From: Octopus vulgaris
Taxonomy: Eukaryota
Length of the DNA stretch: 64,000 nucleotides
Assembly (NCBI GenBank): GCA_951406725.2
Contig: OX597840.1
Coordinates: 16,988,001-17,052,000 of the forward strand
Direction of reading: 5' to 3'
A program made the position numbers and the translations under genes. The notes under the pieces are model-generated. The model was not told the DNA's origin. It did not search any database and was given only the letters and a program-made list of their open reading frames with translations. Position 1 is the stretch's first letter. Each line of letters opens with the position of its first letter. Positions 1 through 12,109 of this stretch are shown piece by piece.

Positions 1-512
1 CCTACAAAAATATGTCTCCACCGAAAAAATATCTGTAACTCACATAGGTAAAAAGTCGAAGACTGATTGATTTCATTATTTTTCTTCTTTTTACCTATGT
101 GAGTTACAAATATTGTTATCTGTGGAGATATATTATGTAGGAAATAGAAATAGCAGTCTTTTGGCTGCTATTTCTAAATTTTTCGGTATGTGGTGAAGCA
201 ACTTGTTGCTAAACCCTTAATTATTGTTATAATTATACATATATAAATTAAATTGGAGATAAAACCACTATTAGGTAAATCAAACAGTGAAAAACAAAAA
301 CCAAAACATAGAAATAAAATTAATGCATATAAAATACAAAATATATAAAATATAAAATTCAAAATTTAAATAATTAAAATTTAAAGTTAACAATTTAAAA
401 TTATTAATTTATATTTATAAATTTATATATATATATATTTATTTATTTTTATTTTATTAAATATATATAACTATCAAAAAGTATAAAAAGTTTAATATAA
501 GATAAAAAGTAA

Positions 513-554
<42 letters not shown>

Positions 555-889
555 CGCGCACAAATGCATGCATATAAAAGCAATTTAACGGTGTATCTAA
601 AGACGAATGCAGCTATAAAGCTGGAATAATAGCCTGACTTATATTCCGTTAAAAATGCTTTTAATTCGATGGCTGAGGAAGAGTGGTCTTCTTTGTTGTA
701 ATGGTTACGCCTGCCATGGCTACGGCACGTTTGAGTCCCACGGGTAAAGGCTCGATTACTTTATTTTGCCACATCCAGAAAGTTTTTAACCGAAATATAT
801 TACAGTCCATTATTCGTTTTCAGATACACTATTAAATGGCTTATTTACATATTTTTCGTTGCTCCAACATTGATATTCCACACACACGC

Positions 890-932
<43 letters not shown>

Positions 933-1070
933 CACACATACACAAACACATACATACATATATATATATACATATATGTACATGTATACACATATGTATA
1001 TACATATATGTATGTATATACACGTATACGTGTATGTATGTGTATATATATATATATATTTATAAATATT

Positions 1071-1101
<31 letters not shown>

Positions 1102-1317
1102 CAGTACATATACATATATGTGTATGTCTATTATATTACATTACATTGTGTATTCATGCATATATACACACACACACATATATATTATATATTACATTTA
1201 TTATTATATATTCATATATATATATATTATGGATATATTCATACATATATATATGTAGGCATTTATATGTGTGTGTGTGTCTGTGTGTGTGTATTAAAAA
1301 TGGAGAAGACCGGTTTA

Positions 1318-1379
1318 TGGCATTACCTTAGGTTTCCCGTCCGTAAAGGGTTTAGCTTTATGGCGTATCATCAGATCCA
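1318..1379 (-). ncRNA. Type I hammerhead ribozyme motif (intact CUGAUGA/GAAA core)
   Basis: Reverse complement reads UGGAU-CUGAUGA-[stem II UACGCCAUAAAG..CUUUACGGACGG]-GAAA-CCUAAGG-UA-AUGCCA; stem III is near-palindromic. Confidence 0.7.
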
Positions 1380-2180
1380 AAAATCCTGTTGACCCACAAT
1401 CTCTTAAAAACATGGCGGAGGGAATGCCTCACTACTCAAAGGTAACAACCGGGGATTATCACCCTTTGCTATTGACTATCGACTTCCGGCTCTGTCGCCA
1501 TCTTGCGGACTCCAAATAGCTAGCAGGAACCTCCTGAAATGTAAACATTGCCCGAAAATCTCCGTTCTGGAGTTAAGGATTTTCCCTGGTACGAGTAAGT
1601 CTTTTAGGACTCTCGCACGTTCAGCAATGCACAACTTGCAACGCTTCGTCCCGTTGATGCCAATAGCAGAGTGAGATAACAACAACAGCAACACCACCAG
1701 ACACAGCACCGACAACACACGCCTACAGAGATGCATTGGATATTCCGGGAACTCTTTCAAGCAACATCTCTCCAACCATAGGGCCTCCTTCAGAGTTCCG
1801 GTTAGGAGATACGTAACATCACTGGCCAGCCACGTCTGACAACTAAGAGACGATGGGATTCCATATTCGATCTCATTGAAAATCTTAGACAACCCAGGCC
1901 CCAACATCAATGAGACGAAGCGTTGCAAGTTATGCATAGCTGAACGCACGAGAATCCTAAAAGACACTCGAACCAGGGAACATCCTTAACTCCAGAACGG
2001 GTTTTTTTGGGCCATGTTCATATTTCAGGAGGTTCCTGCTAGCTATTTGGAACCCACAAGATGGCGGCACAGCCGGAGGTCGATAGCCAATAGCGAAGGG
2101 AGATAATCCCTAATTGTTGTCTGAGTAGTGAGGCATTTCCTCCTCCATATTTTTAAAAGGTCATGAGCCAACAGGTTTTT

Positions 2181-2241
2181 GGCGTTTGATGATACGCCAT
2201 AAAGCTAAACCCTTTATGGACGGGAAACCTAAGGTAATCCC
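2181..2241 (+). ncRNA. Type I hammerhead ribozyme motif (C3U variant)
   Basis: GGCGU-UUGAUGA-stem II (CGCCAUAAAG/CUUUAUGGACG)-GAAA-CCUAAGG-UA-AUCCC. Confidence 0.6.
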
Positions 2242-2368
2242 ATAAACCGGCCTTCCCCATTTTTCATATATACTGCTCTAAATCTTAGAGTGTGCTTCTT
2301 CTTTCGATATATATATATATATATACACATACACATATGTATATATATATATATATATACACATACAC

Positions 2369-2407
<39 letters not shown>

Positions 2408-3310
2408 TATATACATATATATGTATACATACATGGTTCTCTAGCATGACTGAAACGAGTAAAAGAGTAAAATAATACATATATATATACACACACATAA
2501 TGTATGTATGTATGTCTATGTATTATGTGTATATGTATGTTTTCAATGTACATGGTTAATGTATTTTAATATACTTGAACCTCGCGCCCCGACTCGCAGG
2601 GTTGTAGGGCTCGCAACAGCCACATAGAATGGGTTCAAGTTGAGTATTTGTTAGTAGTATGAGAGGTATTAGGCAAACTGCAGTAACAGAGCTTCGATGC
2701 GGCCGCACAGGAAGCTAGAAATAGTGGCCAATTTTCCCTGACACCACGTCACAAGTCGTACATTAAATAATGTACGTCGGGTTCTATGAAATATGAAAAG
2801 ACAGGATGGTCGTAGCTGGAACTCCCTCTGTTCCCTCCTTAACCATCTTCAAAAGAAAGGACACATTAGATAATGTAGTCCAAGATAGACTATGCCTGTA
2901 AACGAAACAAAGGATGGTCATGGCTCGAAGGACAAAAGATAAGTTATGTGGTGTAGTCGTAGATGGATGTCAGAAAAATGCAAATTCGGATGTTTTCGTT
3001 TGGAATTCTTTCTGGCTGCACGATTTGGCCTGACCTGGGCGTTAAACAACAATAACAGCATCAACAACGCCTTGCGCGGGGGGGGGGTATATTTCTATCT
3101 CTTTATTTCCCAGAATTCGATGTAGTTTTTATTTTTATTTGTTTTCGGTTCTTTTATTTTCTGTGTTTTTTACTTCCTGTGTTTCAGCACCAGAAGCTGA
3201 AGAAGAAGACGAAAAAGAACGAGGTATCATCTGATTTACTCTTAGACATACATAGAGACATACAGACATTCATACACACCTATACAGACAGACACACACA
3301 TCAACACACT

Positions 3311-3372
<62 letters not shown>

Positions 3373-3679
3373 GTAACTTTCAGCGTTGGCTCTAAATTCT
3401 ATAGAATATCTGTAGAGATAACTTAGAACTGATCGAATCCCAACGCTGACACAGCATCGACTTATAAAGCTTTTAATATACTTGTTAGTATATTGTCGTT
3501 GCTAAAACGAAATACGGTGTCCCTACAGGCAATTAATAATCATATGGATTTATACGTATATATACATACATAGAATACACATATACATACGCACGCACAT
3601 ATACACATATAATGCATTACGTCTTCACAGAGCATATTTTGAGAGTCCTCAACGTATACACCACAGTGAAGTATTGATT

Positions 3680-4262
3680 TCCAATTTTGGCACAAAGCTA
3701 GCACTTTCAGGGAGGGGTTAAGTCGATTACATCGACCCCAGTGTTCAGCTTGTACTTATTTTATCGACCCCGAAAGATTAAAGGCGAAATCGACCCTGGC
3801 GGTATTTCAACTCAGAACGCGAAGACGGACGACATATCGTTAAGCATTTGCCTGCCATCTTACCGATTCTTCTCTACTCTAGGCACAAGGCCCGAAATTT
3901 TAGGGGAAGGGGGCCAGTCGATTAGATCGACTCCAGTACGCAACTGGTATTTAATTTATCGTTCCCCGAAAGGATGAAAGGCAAAGTTGACCTCGGCGAA
4001 ATTTGAACTCAGAACGTAAGGACAGGCTAAATACCTATTTATTTACTACCCACAAGGGGCTAAACACAGAGGAGACAAACAAGGACAGACAAACGGATTA
4101 AGTTGATTACATCGACCCCAGTGCGTAACTGGTACTTAATTCATCGAAAGGATGAAAGGCAAAGTCGACCTCGGCGGAATTTGAACTCAGAACGCAGCGG
4201 CAGACGAAATACCGCTAAGCATTTCGCCTGCCGTGCTAGCAATTCTATCAACTTGCCGCCTT
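3680..4262 (-). mobile_element. Tandem copies of tRNA-derived SINE family A (head GGCGGCGAGCTGGCAGAA..GAGTTCAAATTCC)
   Basis: Same sequence recurs many times in the window; B-box-like GTTCAAATTCC. Confidence 0.75.
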
Positions 4263-4756
4263 ACGTTATAATACTGACGGCCAACTTTTAAATTTGCTTA
4301 AACTACATACTACAAAAGGGTTATATCCTACTGTCGCATTTATGAGATGAATAACCCAAAGATTGATGACGATTGTGGTGATAGAGTTGGTTACGTTGGT
4401 AACAGGGAGAGGAGAGAGGTCATCGTCAGTAACAGTAATGAGGGAGGAGGGAGACTATAAATAACAACCACTACCTCTTCCGCTCCCTTCTTGGTCGACT
4501 TCCAAATTCGCCGCCATATTCATGTCCTAAAATTGTGTTCAACAATTTTGATTTAGCTCCAATGGGGCGAAAATGATCAAATCAACCAGCTCCCTTGAGG
4601 CTGGGCCGCGGTCTGTTCCGCAGTGAGTCAGAAAGAGAACAAAAAGAAAAAACAATTCAACGAAAATATATCCCTAAAACGAGTCAGCAAACAAGGAACT
4701 TTCTTTAACTGGAGCGGAACAAATCACAGCTGGCACGGATAGAACAAATGATCATA

Positions 4757-6162
4757 ATAGATATCGGTATGGAGTTCGAACTGAGAAAGTGTGGCAAAAT
4801 CAAATGTATGGGCGGGCTAACGATACCGTCGGGGGAGGTCGTAAAGCAGATAGAAGAGACGGGCTATAAGTACTTGGAAATACTGGAAATTGATAAATTG
4901 ATGGAGAAAGAAATGACAGAAAAATTTAAGGTGGAGTACTTGCGCAGACTGATACTGATCCTTAAGTCGAAATTAAATAGACGGAATAAGATCGAAGCTA
5001 TCAACACCTGGGCGGTTTCACTCCTTAGATATGGAGCAGGGGTAATCGCATGGACAGTAGACGAGCTAAGCTTAGACAGAAAGACAAGGAAGTCGCTAAC
5101 TAGATATGGATCACTCCATCGAAAACGTGACGCAGACAGAAAAAGAGGGGGAAGAGGACTTATTGGATGCGAACACAGCATTAGAACAGAAGAACACAAC
5201 ATAGCATGGTGTATAAAAATGCCATAGAACCGCTATTATTAGAAGTAAGAAGGTCATGCTTATGTAGGATGAAAGATTGCAAAGGTAAAGCACTATACAA
5301 GAAATTGAAAACAAATGAAACTGATTATAGGTGGGTAAAGAAAAGAATGCAGGGACAATTTCATAAGGACGTTGGAGATAAGACAGACAGAGAAAAAAGA
5401 TGGTTGTGGATGACTAAAAGTGATTTAAAACCGGAAACGGAGGCTCTAATCTGTGCTGCCCAAGATCAAGCACTAAGAACAAACTACATAAAATACAGAA
5501 TAGACAACACAGCAGAAAGTGGTAAGTACAGAATCTGCGGACAAAATGGTGAAACCGTATGGCATATTACCAGCCAATGTACGCCACGAGCCCAGAAGGA
5601 ATATAAGAGACGCCACGACAAAGTAGCAAGGCTTGTCCATTGGAACTTTGCAACAAGTATGAACTTGACAGAGCAAAAAAGTGGTACGACCACAAACCTG
5701 ATGGCATCGTCGAAAATGGAAATGCAAAGATCCTATGGGATTTTATGATTCAGTGCGACCATGACATAGAGAATAAGAAGCCGGACATTGAGAAAAAAAC
5801 GAACTATGCTGGATCATAGATACAGCATGTCCAGCTGACAACAAGGTATGCAATAAGGAAGAAAGAAAAGTCGAGAGATATAACAGGTTGGCTTGGGAAG
5901 TTAAGCAATTGTGGTCGATGAAAAAGGTAGCAGTAGTACCAATAATTGTCGGATCCCTGGGAACAGCGAGCAAAAATCTCGAGAAGTTCGGGGAATGAAT
6001 AAGGGCTGTAATAAGGGTGGAGTCCCAGCAGAAAACAGCACAGCTTGGAACCGCTCAAATACTCCGGAAGGTGCTCGAAAAACAAGAGGTGTTACCTTAG
6101 TTCACTGGTGGTGAACAGCTGACACGACAGTACATCTCCAGCATTAAAAGTTGTGCAAAAGC
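4757..6162 (+). mobile_element. 5'-truncated, degraded R4/Dong-like non-LTR retrotransposon (RT C-terminus, CCHC, restriction-like endonuclease)
   Basis: Frameshifted ORFs carry YKYL, LKPETEALICAAQDQALRTN, RICG..ETVWHITSQC..YKRRHD and KPDI motifs; element ends in (TAA)n. Confidence 0.85.
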
Positions 6163-6327
6163 AATAATAATAATAATAATAATAATAATATTATAATAAT
6201 GAAGATATTTCGCTACTGCCCCTACCACTTCCCCTCCTCAAGCTTTCAGTCATATTATAACATATCTTATCCTTCACTCGCCCTAGGATGCTGGGTGTGT
6301 TTCAGCGAGTGATTGCAACAAACAATG

Positions 6328-6396
<69 letters not shown>

Positions 6397-6458
6397 GCCC
6401 TGATGCAGTACCAGGATGCCCTGATGCAGTACCAGGATGCCCTGATGCAGTACCATAA

Positions 6459-7014
6459 ATGCCCTGATGCAGTACCAGGCAGTGGCTCTCATGGCTTCTG
6501 ATCTTAACTGATTGGAAGTGTTATCATGTACATTGTTTTGTCTTGGTATAAAAGATGGGCTACAGCAAATATTCTGCTCAATACCACAGATTTGCTTGTC
6601 AGTTGTTTGACCTTAACCAGTTGAGCATGTCCCTTAGTGGCTGACGATATGTGCATCTCTGATCACGAGCAGAAGTAGTGGGGGAGCATCATAGCCATGT
6701 GTTGAGAGGGATTCTTTGGGGTTTGAATAGTTCACCTCTGGAAACATGGGTGGTTCTTTCAACATCCTTAAACAACCCTTATTCGGGGACCGTTTGAGCG
6801 GGATGGGCTACTCAACCTGAAGAAAATTCAAACTGGGCCCCACCTGCAAGGTCATGTGCTGTTTATCTTGATATGAGATCACCATGTCGCGCACATATGG
6901 TTGTGATGCATGTGCCTGGTGTACCTTTATCAAACGGGTAGTCATGATGGGTATATTGGGCTTCGTATATTTTACCCCAGTGTCACTTTGATGGCATGAA
7001 CTGCTCTCTCACTC
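6459..7014 (+). mobile_element. ~560-bp non-coding (TAA)n-associated retroposon, copy 1
   Basis: Runs ATGCCCTGATGCAGTACCAGG...CTCTCTCACTC between (AAT)n tracts; near-identical to 19215-19770. Confidence 0.75.
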
Positions 7015-7040
7015 AATAATAATAATAATAATAATAATAA

Positions 7041-7545
7041 ACGCCCTGATGTAGTACCAGGCAGTGGCTCACATGACTTCTGATCATAACTGATTGCAAG
7101 TACATGTTTTGTGTTGATGCAGAAGATGGGCTACAGAAAAATATTCTCAAAACCGCAGATTTGCTTGTCAGTTGTTGGACCCTTGCCAGTTGAGCATGTC
7201 CCTTAATGGCTGACAATATGTACATTTCTGATCACGAGCAGAAGGAGTGTGGGAGCTTCATAGCCATGTGTTGAGGGGAATCCTTTGAGGTTTGAATAAT
7301 TTACCTCTGGAAATATGGGTGTTTCGTTCATCATCTTTAAGCAAATCTTATTCAAGGAACATTTGACCGGGATGGGCTACTCACCCCGAAGAAAATTCTA
7401 ACTGGGTACCACCTGCAAAGTCATGTGCTGGTTGTGATGCACGTACCAGGTGTACCCTTATCAGACGGGTAGTCATGATTGGTATATTGGGCTTCTTATA
7501 TTTGTACCCCAGTGTCACTTTGATGGTATACACAGTTCCTCATTC
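7041..7545 (+). mobile_element. ~560-bp TAA-associated retroposon, copy 2 (more diverged)
   Basis: Colinear with copy 1, with small deletions; AAT tail. Confidence 0.75.
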
Positions 7546-7559
7546 AATAATAATAATAA

Positions 7560-7775
7560 TCCTTTCTACTATAGGCACAAGGCCTGAAATTTGTGGGGAG
7601 GGGACTAGTCGATTACATAGACCCCAAGTGTTTCACTTGTACTTAAGCTATCGATCCCGAAAGGATGAAAGGCAAAGTCGACCTCGGCAGAATTTGAACT
7701 CAGAACGTAACGGCAGACGAAATACCGCTACGCATTTCGCCCGGCTTGCTAACGTTTCTGCCAGCTCGCCGCCTT
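7560..7775 (-). mobile_element. SINE family A
   Basis: Matches the other family A copies. Confidence 0.75.
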
Positions 7776-7925
7776 TGCGACAGGTGAAATACAGCTAAGC
7801 ATTTCGCCCGACGGACTAACGATGATAATAATAATAACGATAACAATAATAACAACTACAACAACAGCAATAGCAACAACAATAACAATAACGACAACAA
7901 CAACAATATCAGCAACAACAACAAC

Positions 7926-7962
<37 letters not shown>

Positions 7963-8332
7963 TAATAATGTTTGTAATGAAGTCGAAGTATATGTTCGTC
8001 ACTGGAACAGTGTTCGCTGTGTTTAGCTTTCAGCGCGCTCGAACAAACCCCTGAAAACACATACCGTAACCATCGCTACTCGAGAAGGTACAATAGCTAT
8101 GGCGGTAGTTACAGATCCTACCACACGCGGTACCACGACGGTGAGTTGGTCACTACTGCACACCTGCCTGCAATGTACCTATTCTTACCTACCTACCTAC
8201 CTATTTACCTGCTCGCAATGTACCACCACCACATATTTCGTCGACACTTCAATTGCACTTTTGATTAGTCTGTTTGAACGATAGTATATTTATATATATG
8301 AGGTAGTTTTGGTGAAGCATTGTGTGGTACAA

Positions 8333-8676
8333 CTTTAAAGAAATTTGTTGTGCAAAGCCGGAACAATGCGAGAAGGGACCAAGCAAACTTCAAAAGGAAA
8401 AGAAAACGGAACAAAGTTGTAGTTTTACTTTGTATTTCGATATTCCGGGGTGAAAACCTCTTCTTCAGGACATTTGAAAAAAAAAAGAGGTTGTTGGAAA
8501 AGTCGTTGCTGAGATGTGTCACATCCACTTTTTCGAAATGTCCTGAAGAAGGTATTTTAGCCCGAAATATACAAATACAAGCTAAAACTGCAACTTTGTT
8601 TTATTTTATTTTCCTTTTGTAGATTACTTCGTACCTTCTCGCATTGTTCCGGCCTTACACAACAACCTTCTTTAGA

Positions 8677-8677
<1 letters not shown>
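8333..8677. mobile_element. Inverted-repeat (pseudo-LTR-like) Penelope-type remnant with paired degenerate hammerheads
   Basis: Arms ~8333-8482 and ~8528-8677 are reverse complements. AUGUC-CUGAAGA..GAAAUAU occurs at 8538-8576 (+), with a counterpart at 8434-8473 (-). Confidence 0.6.
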
Positions 8678-8736
<59 letters not shown>

Positions 8737-8940
8737 AATATACATCGTCCACTGTATCGTATGATTTACACTGTTCTGCATTGTGTAATCTACACTGAAC
8801 GGTAGCATATAGTCCACACTGTATTGTATTGTATAGTCTATTGCCTATACTGTAGTATTTAGTCTCCACTGTATTGTATAGTCTAAACTGTATTGCTGTA
8901 TGTGATTTACACTGTTCTGTTGTGATTAGTATAAACTAGT

Positions 8941-9287
8941 GAAGGCGCGTGACTTTGTGGTTAGGGTATTCGGCTGATGAACGTAAGGTAGTGAGTTCGA
9001 TTCCCGGCAGCGCGTAGTGTCCTTAAGCAAGACACTTTATTCCCCGTTGCTTCGGTTTACTCAGCTGGCAAAAATGAGTTGTACCTGCATTTCAAAAGAG
9101 CCAGCCTTATCACATTCTGTGTCACGCCGAATCTCCTTCAGAATTACGTTAAAGGTGTGTACCTTTAACGTAATTCTGAAGGAGTGTCTGCGGAGTGCTC
9201 AGCCACTTGCACGTTAATTTCACGAGCTGGCTGTTCCGTTGATCGGATCAACTGGAACCCTCGTAGTCGTTACTGACGGAGTGCCAG
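8941..9287 (+). mobile_element. tRNA-derived SINE family C (head AAGGCGCGTG..GTGGTTAGGG..GAGTTCGATTCCC)
   Basis: A- and B-box-like motifs; body shared with 39955-40110 (-). Confidence 0.7.
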
Positions 9288-9429
9288 TATGCACCATGTT
9301 GTAGAATCTACAGTGTATACTATAATATATAACCAACACATATATACTCTACACCTATAGTGTAGCGCCATCCCGGTATTATATAGCAGAGCTTGCTCTA
9401 CAATGTGTAATCTAGTCTACTCTACACTG

Positions 9430-9657
9430 TACAAGGGGGGGTGCTGAAAAGCTCCTGACTTTGGGTAAAAGAAAATACAGGAAGATCTGTTAATTATGAT
9501 TTTATCCAACATGTTCCCCTCTCAGATTCACACACTTATTGCAGAAGTCCTTCAGTTTTTCTAAGCCTTGAAAAAGAACTCGGAAGGTCGGGCCTGCAAC
9601 CACGCCTTTCGCGACACCGTCAAAGCCAGAAACTTTTCAGCCCCCACCCCCCTCATA
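9430..9657. mobile_element. Mariner-type MITE
   Basis: TIRs resemble TAC.AGGGGGTGCTGAAAAG / CTTTTCAGC.CCC; second copy at 28960-29181. Confidence 0.7.
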
Positions 9658-10026
9658 GCATATTATGCAATCTAAACTCTTCTATTGAACCTACGCAGTT
9701 CACACCTGTATAACGTACTTGTAAGTCTACTCCATTTTGCAGTGTTTTATTTACACTGTATTTACTGTAATACTGAGACTCTACCCATTGTAATGAGTAC
9801 ACTGTCTACCCTGTTCCCTGTATAATATACTGTCTACTGTACTACATATTCTACACTTACCTTTAGAATTAAGTCTATACTGTGTACTGTTATACTAAAC
9901 TAATATATACTGCAGCAGTTATTCTATACGGTATTGCAGTAGTTAGTCAATATTGTACGTTAATATTTAGTCTACATTGAACAGTAGTGACAAGTCTTAC
10001 AGTAGAGCCTAATATTAATACTGTGC

Positions 10027-10068
<42 letters not shown>

Positions 10069-11149
10069 TGTTCTGTGATGGTAAGATCAGCAAAAAAGTA
10101 CTCCATCTGGTGAGAGATTAATATTATTTAATAGACACATGTGTTACTAATAGTTTCTTGTGCTGAGAGCATGCCTGACGATTCTGCCGAGAAGTCAGAC
10201 GTGTTATAATACATCGTCTGGCATGTTCTCAGCACAAGAAACTATTAATAGCATATAAAAACATGTGTTATGCCTATCAAATGACATATATATGTGTATG
10301 TATATATATATATATATATATGCGTGTGTGTGTGTGTACATACTGTATTGTAGTATCAAGCCACATTTTACTGTATATAATCATTTTATACTGTAACATG
10401 TACACTCTATTTCACTACTGTTTATTCAACATTGGAACATAGTGTTTAGGCTGCCCCCTAGTGTGTTGACTGTACTGCACTGTTTAGTCTCTACTGTATG
10501 TAATCTGCATTGTACTGTTGTGTGTAGTTTAGATTCTGTTGCATAAAATACACCCTATAGTTAATAGTGAAGGCGTATGACCCAACGGTTTGGTGTGTTA
10601 CACTCATGATCGTAATATCGTGGGTTCGATTCCCGAAACGGGGATGTTGGTCCAGTCCACTCAGCTGTAAATGATTTTCAACAATAGATGGAGAGTTCAC
10701 CCTTCGACGGACAGGCGTCTTGTTCAGGGGGAACGTTGTGATCTCGCCCACTTATACACCATGGACATCGGGTAATCGGTGCTATGTGTTCTGAGAGTCG
10801 ATATCGTAATGTATGCAAAAATAATCGCAGTTAATCGTCAGATTACTGTACGGTAATCGCTGTTCAGCAATGTACGGTAATAGCGTTTTTAATCGTCGCT
10901 GCAATGTAGTGTTTACTAAGGCAAGTCTCCTGGACATTAATTTCCCGAGTCCTAAGATCCAGGACCGGTTACTTTGTTACCCATTTACCATGGCGTATAA
11001 GTGACCGAAATCACAGCAATCAGTCCGTCGCATGGTTACTCATTTACAACTGTGGCTACGCGAAATGAATACAAAACTCACTGCTTAGTCTGGGAATCGA
11101 AACCACAATCCTGAGTGCAACACCCTAACCTCGAGGCAAACCATTCGCT

Positions 11150-11870
11150 CTACTATAACGCTTAATGTACACCATAATGTAGTATTCTGACTACGTTAAA
11201 ATTTACCATAGTGTCTAGTCTATAGTGTACAGTAGTGTCAGCTCTGCAGTAATATTTGATCTACACTGTACTGTAGGCTTTTTCTTTTACACTGTACACT
11301 ATTGTTTACGGTACAGTATGCAATAACGTTTGATCTACACTGCACTGTTGTATTTCCTCTTCACTGTACTTTGACGCTTAGGCTTCGCTGTACTAAAGCG
11401 GTTATCATTCACGGTGCTACAATAGTTAGTCTACACAGTATTGCTGCGATTGTTAGGCTACATTGTACTCAAGCATTTAGTTTATACTGTACTGTAGTCT
11501 TTAGTTTTCACTGTACTATAGTATTTAGCGTACACTGTACTCTGGTCTACACTGTACAGTAATATTTGCTCCACACTTCTGTGTTTTGTCCTGTAATGTT
11601 CCGTCTACACTTTCTTGTAGTATTTAGTCTTGACTACCTGTAGTGTTTACACTGCAGTGTAATATTTTGTATACACCAGACTGAAGTATCTACTCTACAC
11701 CCTTGTCTAATTAGTCTGTATAATAATGTAGTGACTAGACCTGTAGATTTTTTTCTGTACTGTAGTGTTTGGGTTTTCACTGTACTGTAGACATTGCTCT
11801 ACACTGTACTGTAGAGTTTGATCTAGATTGTAGACTTTCGTCTATGTCGCACTGTAGTGTTTGTTTGTTG
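11150..11870. repeat. Degenerate ~24-bp tandem repeat (consensus ~TCTACACTGTACTGTAGTATTTAG)
   Basis: Recurrent CACTGTACT motif; the ORF at 11302-11562 shows an 8-aa period (LHCTVVFS-like). Confidence 0.65.
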
Positions 11871-12020
11871 TCCGATTTAATTGCTATGTATGCTCCTCGT
11901 AGTTCTGAGGTGGTTTCCATATGCTGTAAATACATTTGTAAATAAGTTTTAAATGTGTATTTCAAATAAACATACGTTTAACATCACTGCATGGATTTTC
12001 CCTATGGTTAAAACGAAGGG

Positions 12021-12109
<89 letters not shown>

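Larger units (their letters stand above)
1296..2310 (+). mobile_element. Penelope-like element remnant (probably Hydra clade): GIY-YIG endonuclease C-terminal part with ~360-bp inverted terminal arms
   Basis: Arms ~1296-1660 and ~1904-2267 are reverse complements. The + strand reads ..CIGYSGNSFKQHLSNHRASF..RYVTSLASHV*QLRDDGIPYSI..NETKRCKLCIAERTRIL. The - arm reads NGTKRCKLCIAERARVLK..ILNSRTEIFGQCLHFRRFLL. Each arm carries a hammerhead motif. Confidence 0.8.

Noticed and set aside
174-520. Very AT-rich hydrophobic ORF as a mitochondrial insertion
   Set aside because: No recognisable mitochondrial protein or RNA motif.
8941-9010. SINE heads as tRNA genes
   Set aside because: They have A/B boxes but no complete cloverleaf and continue into repeated SINE bodies.
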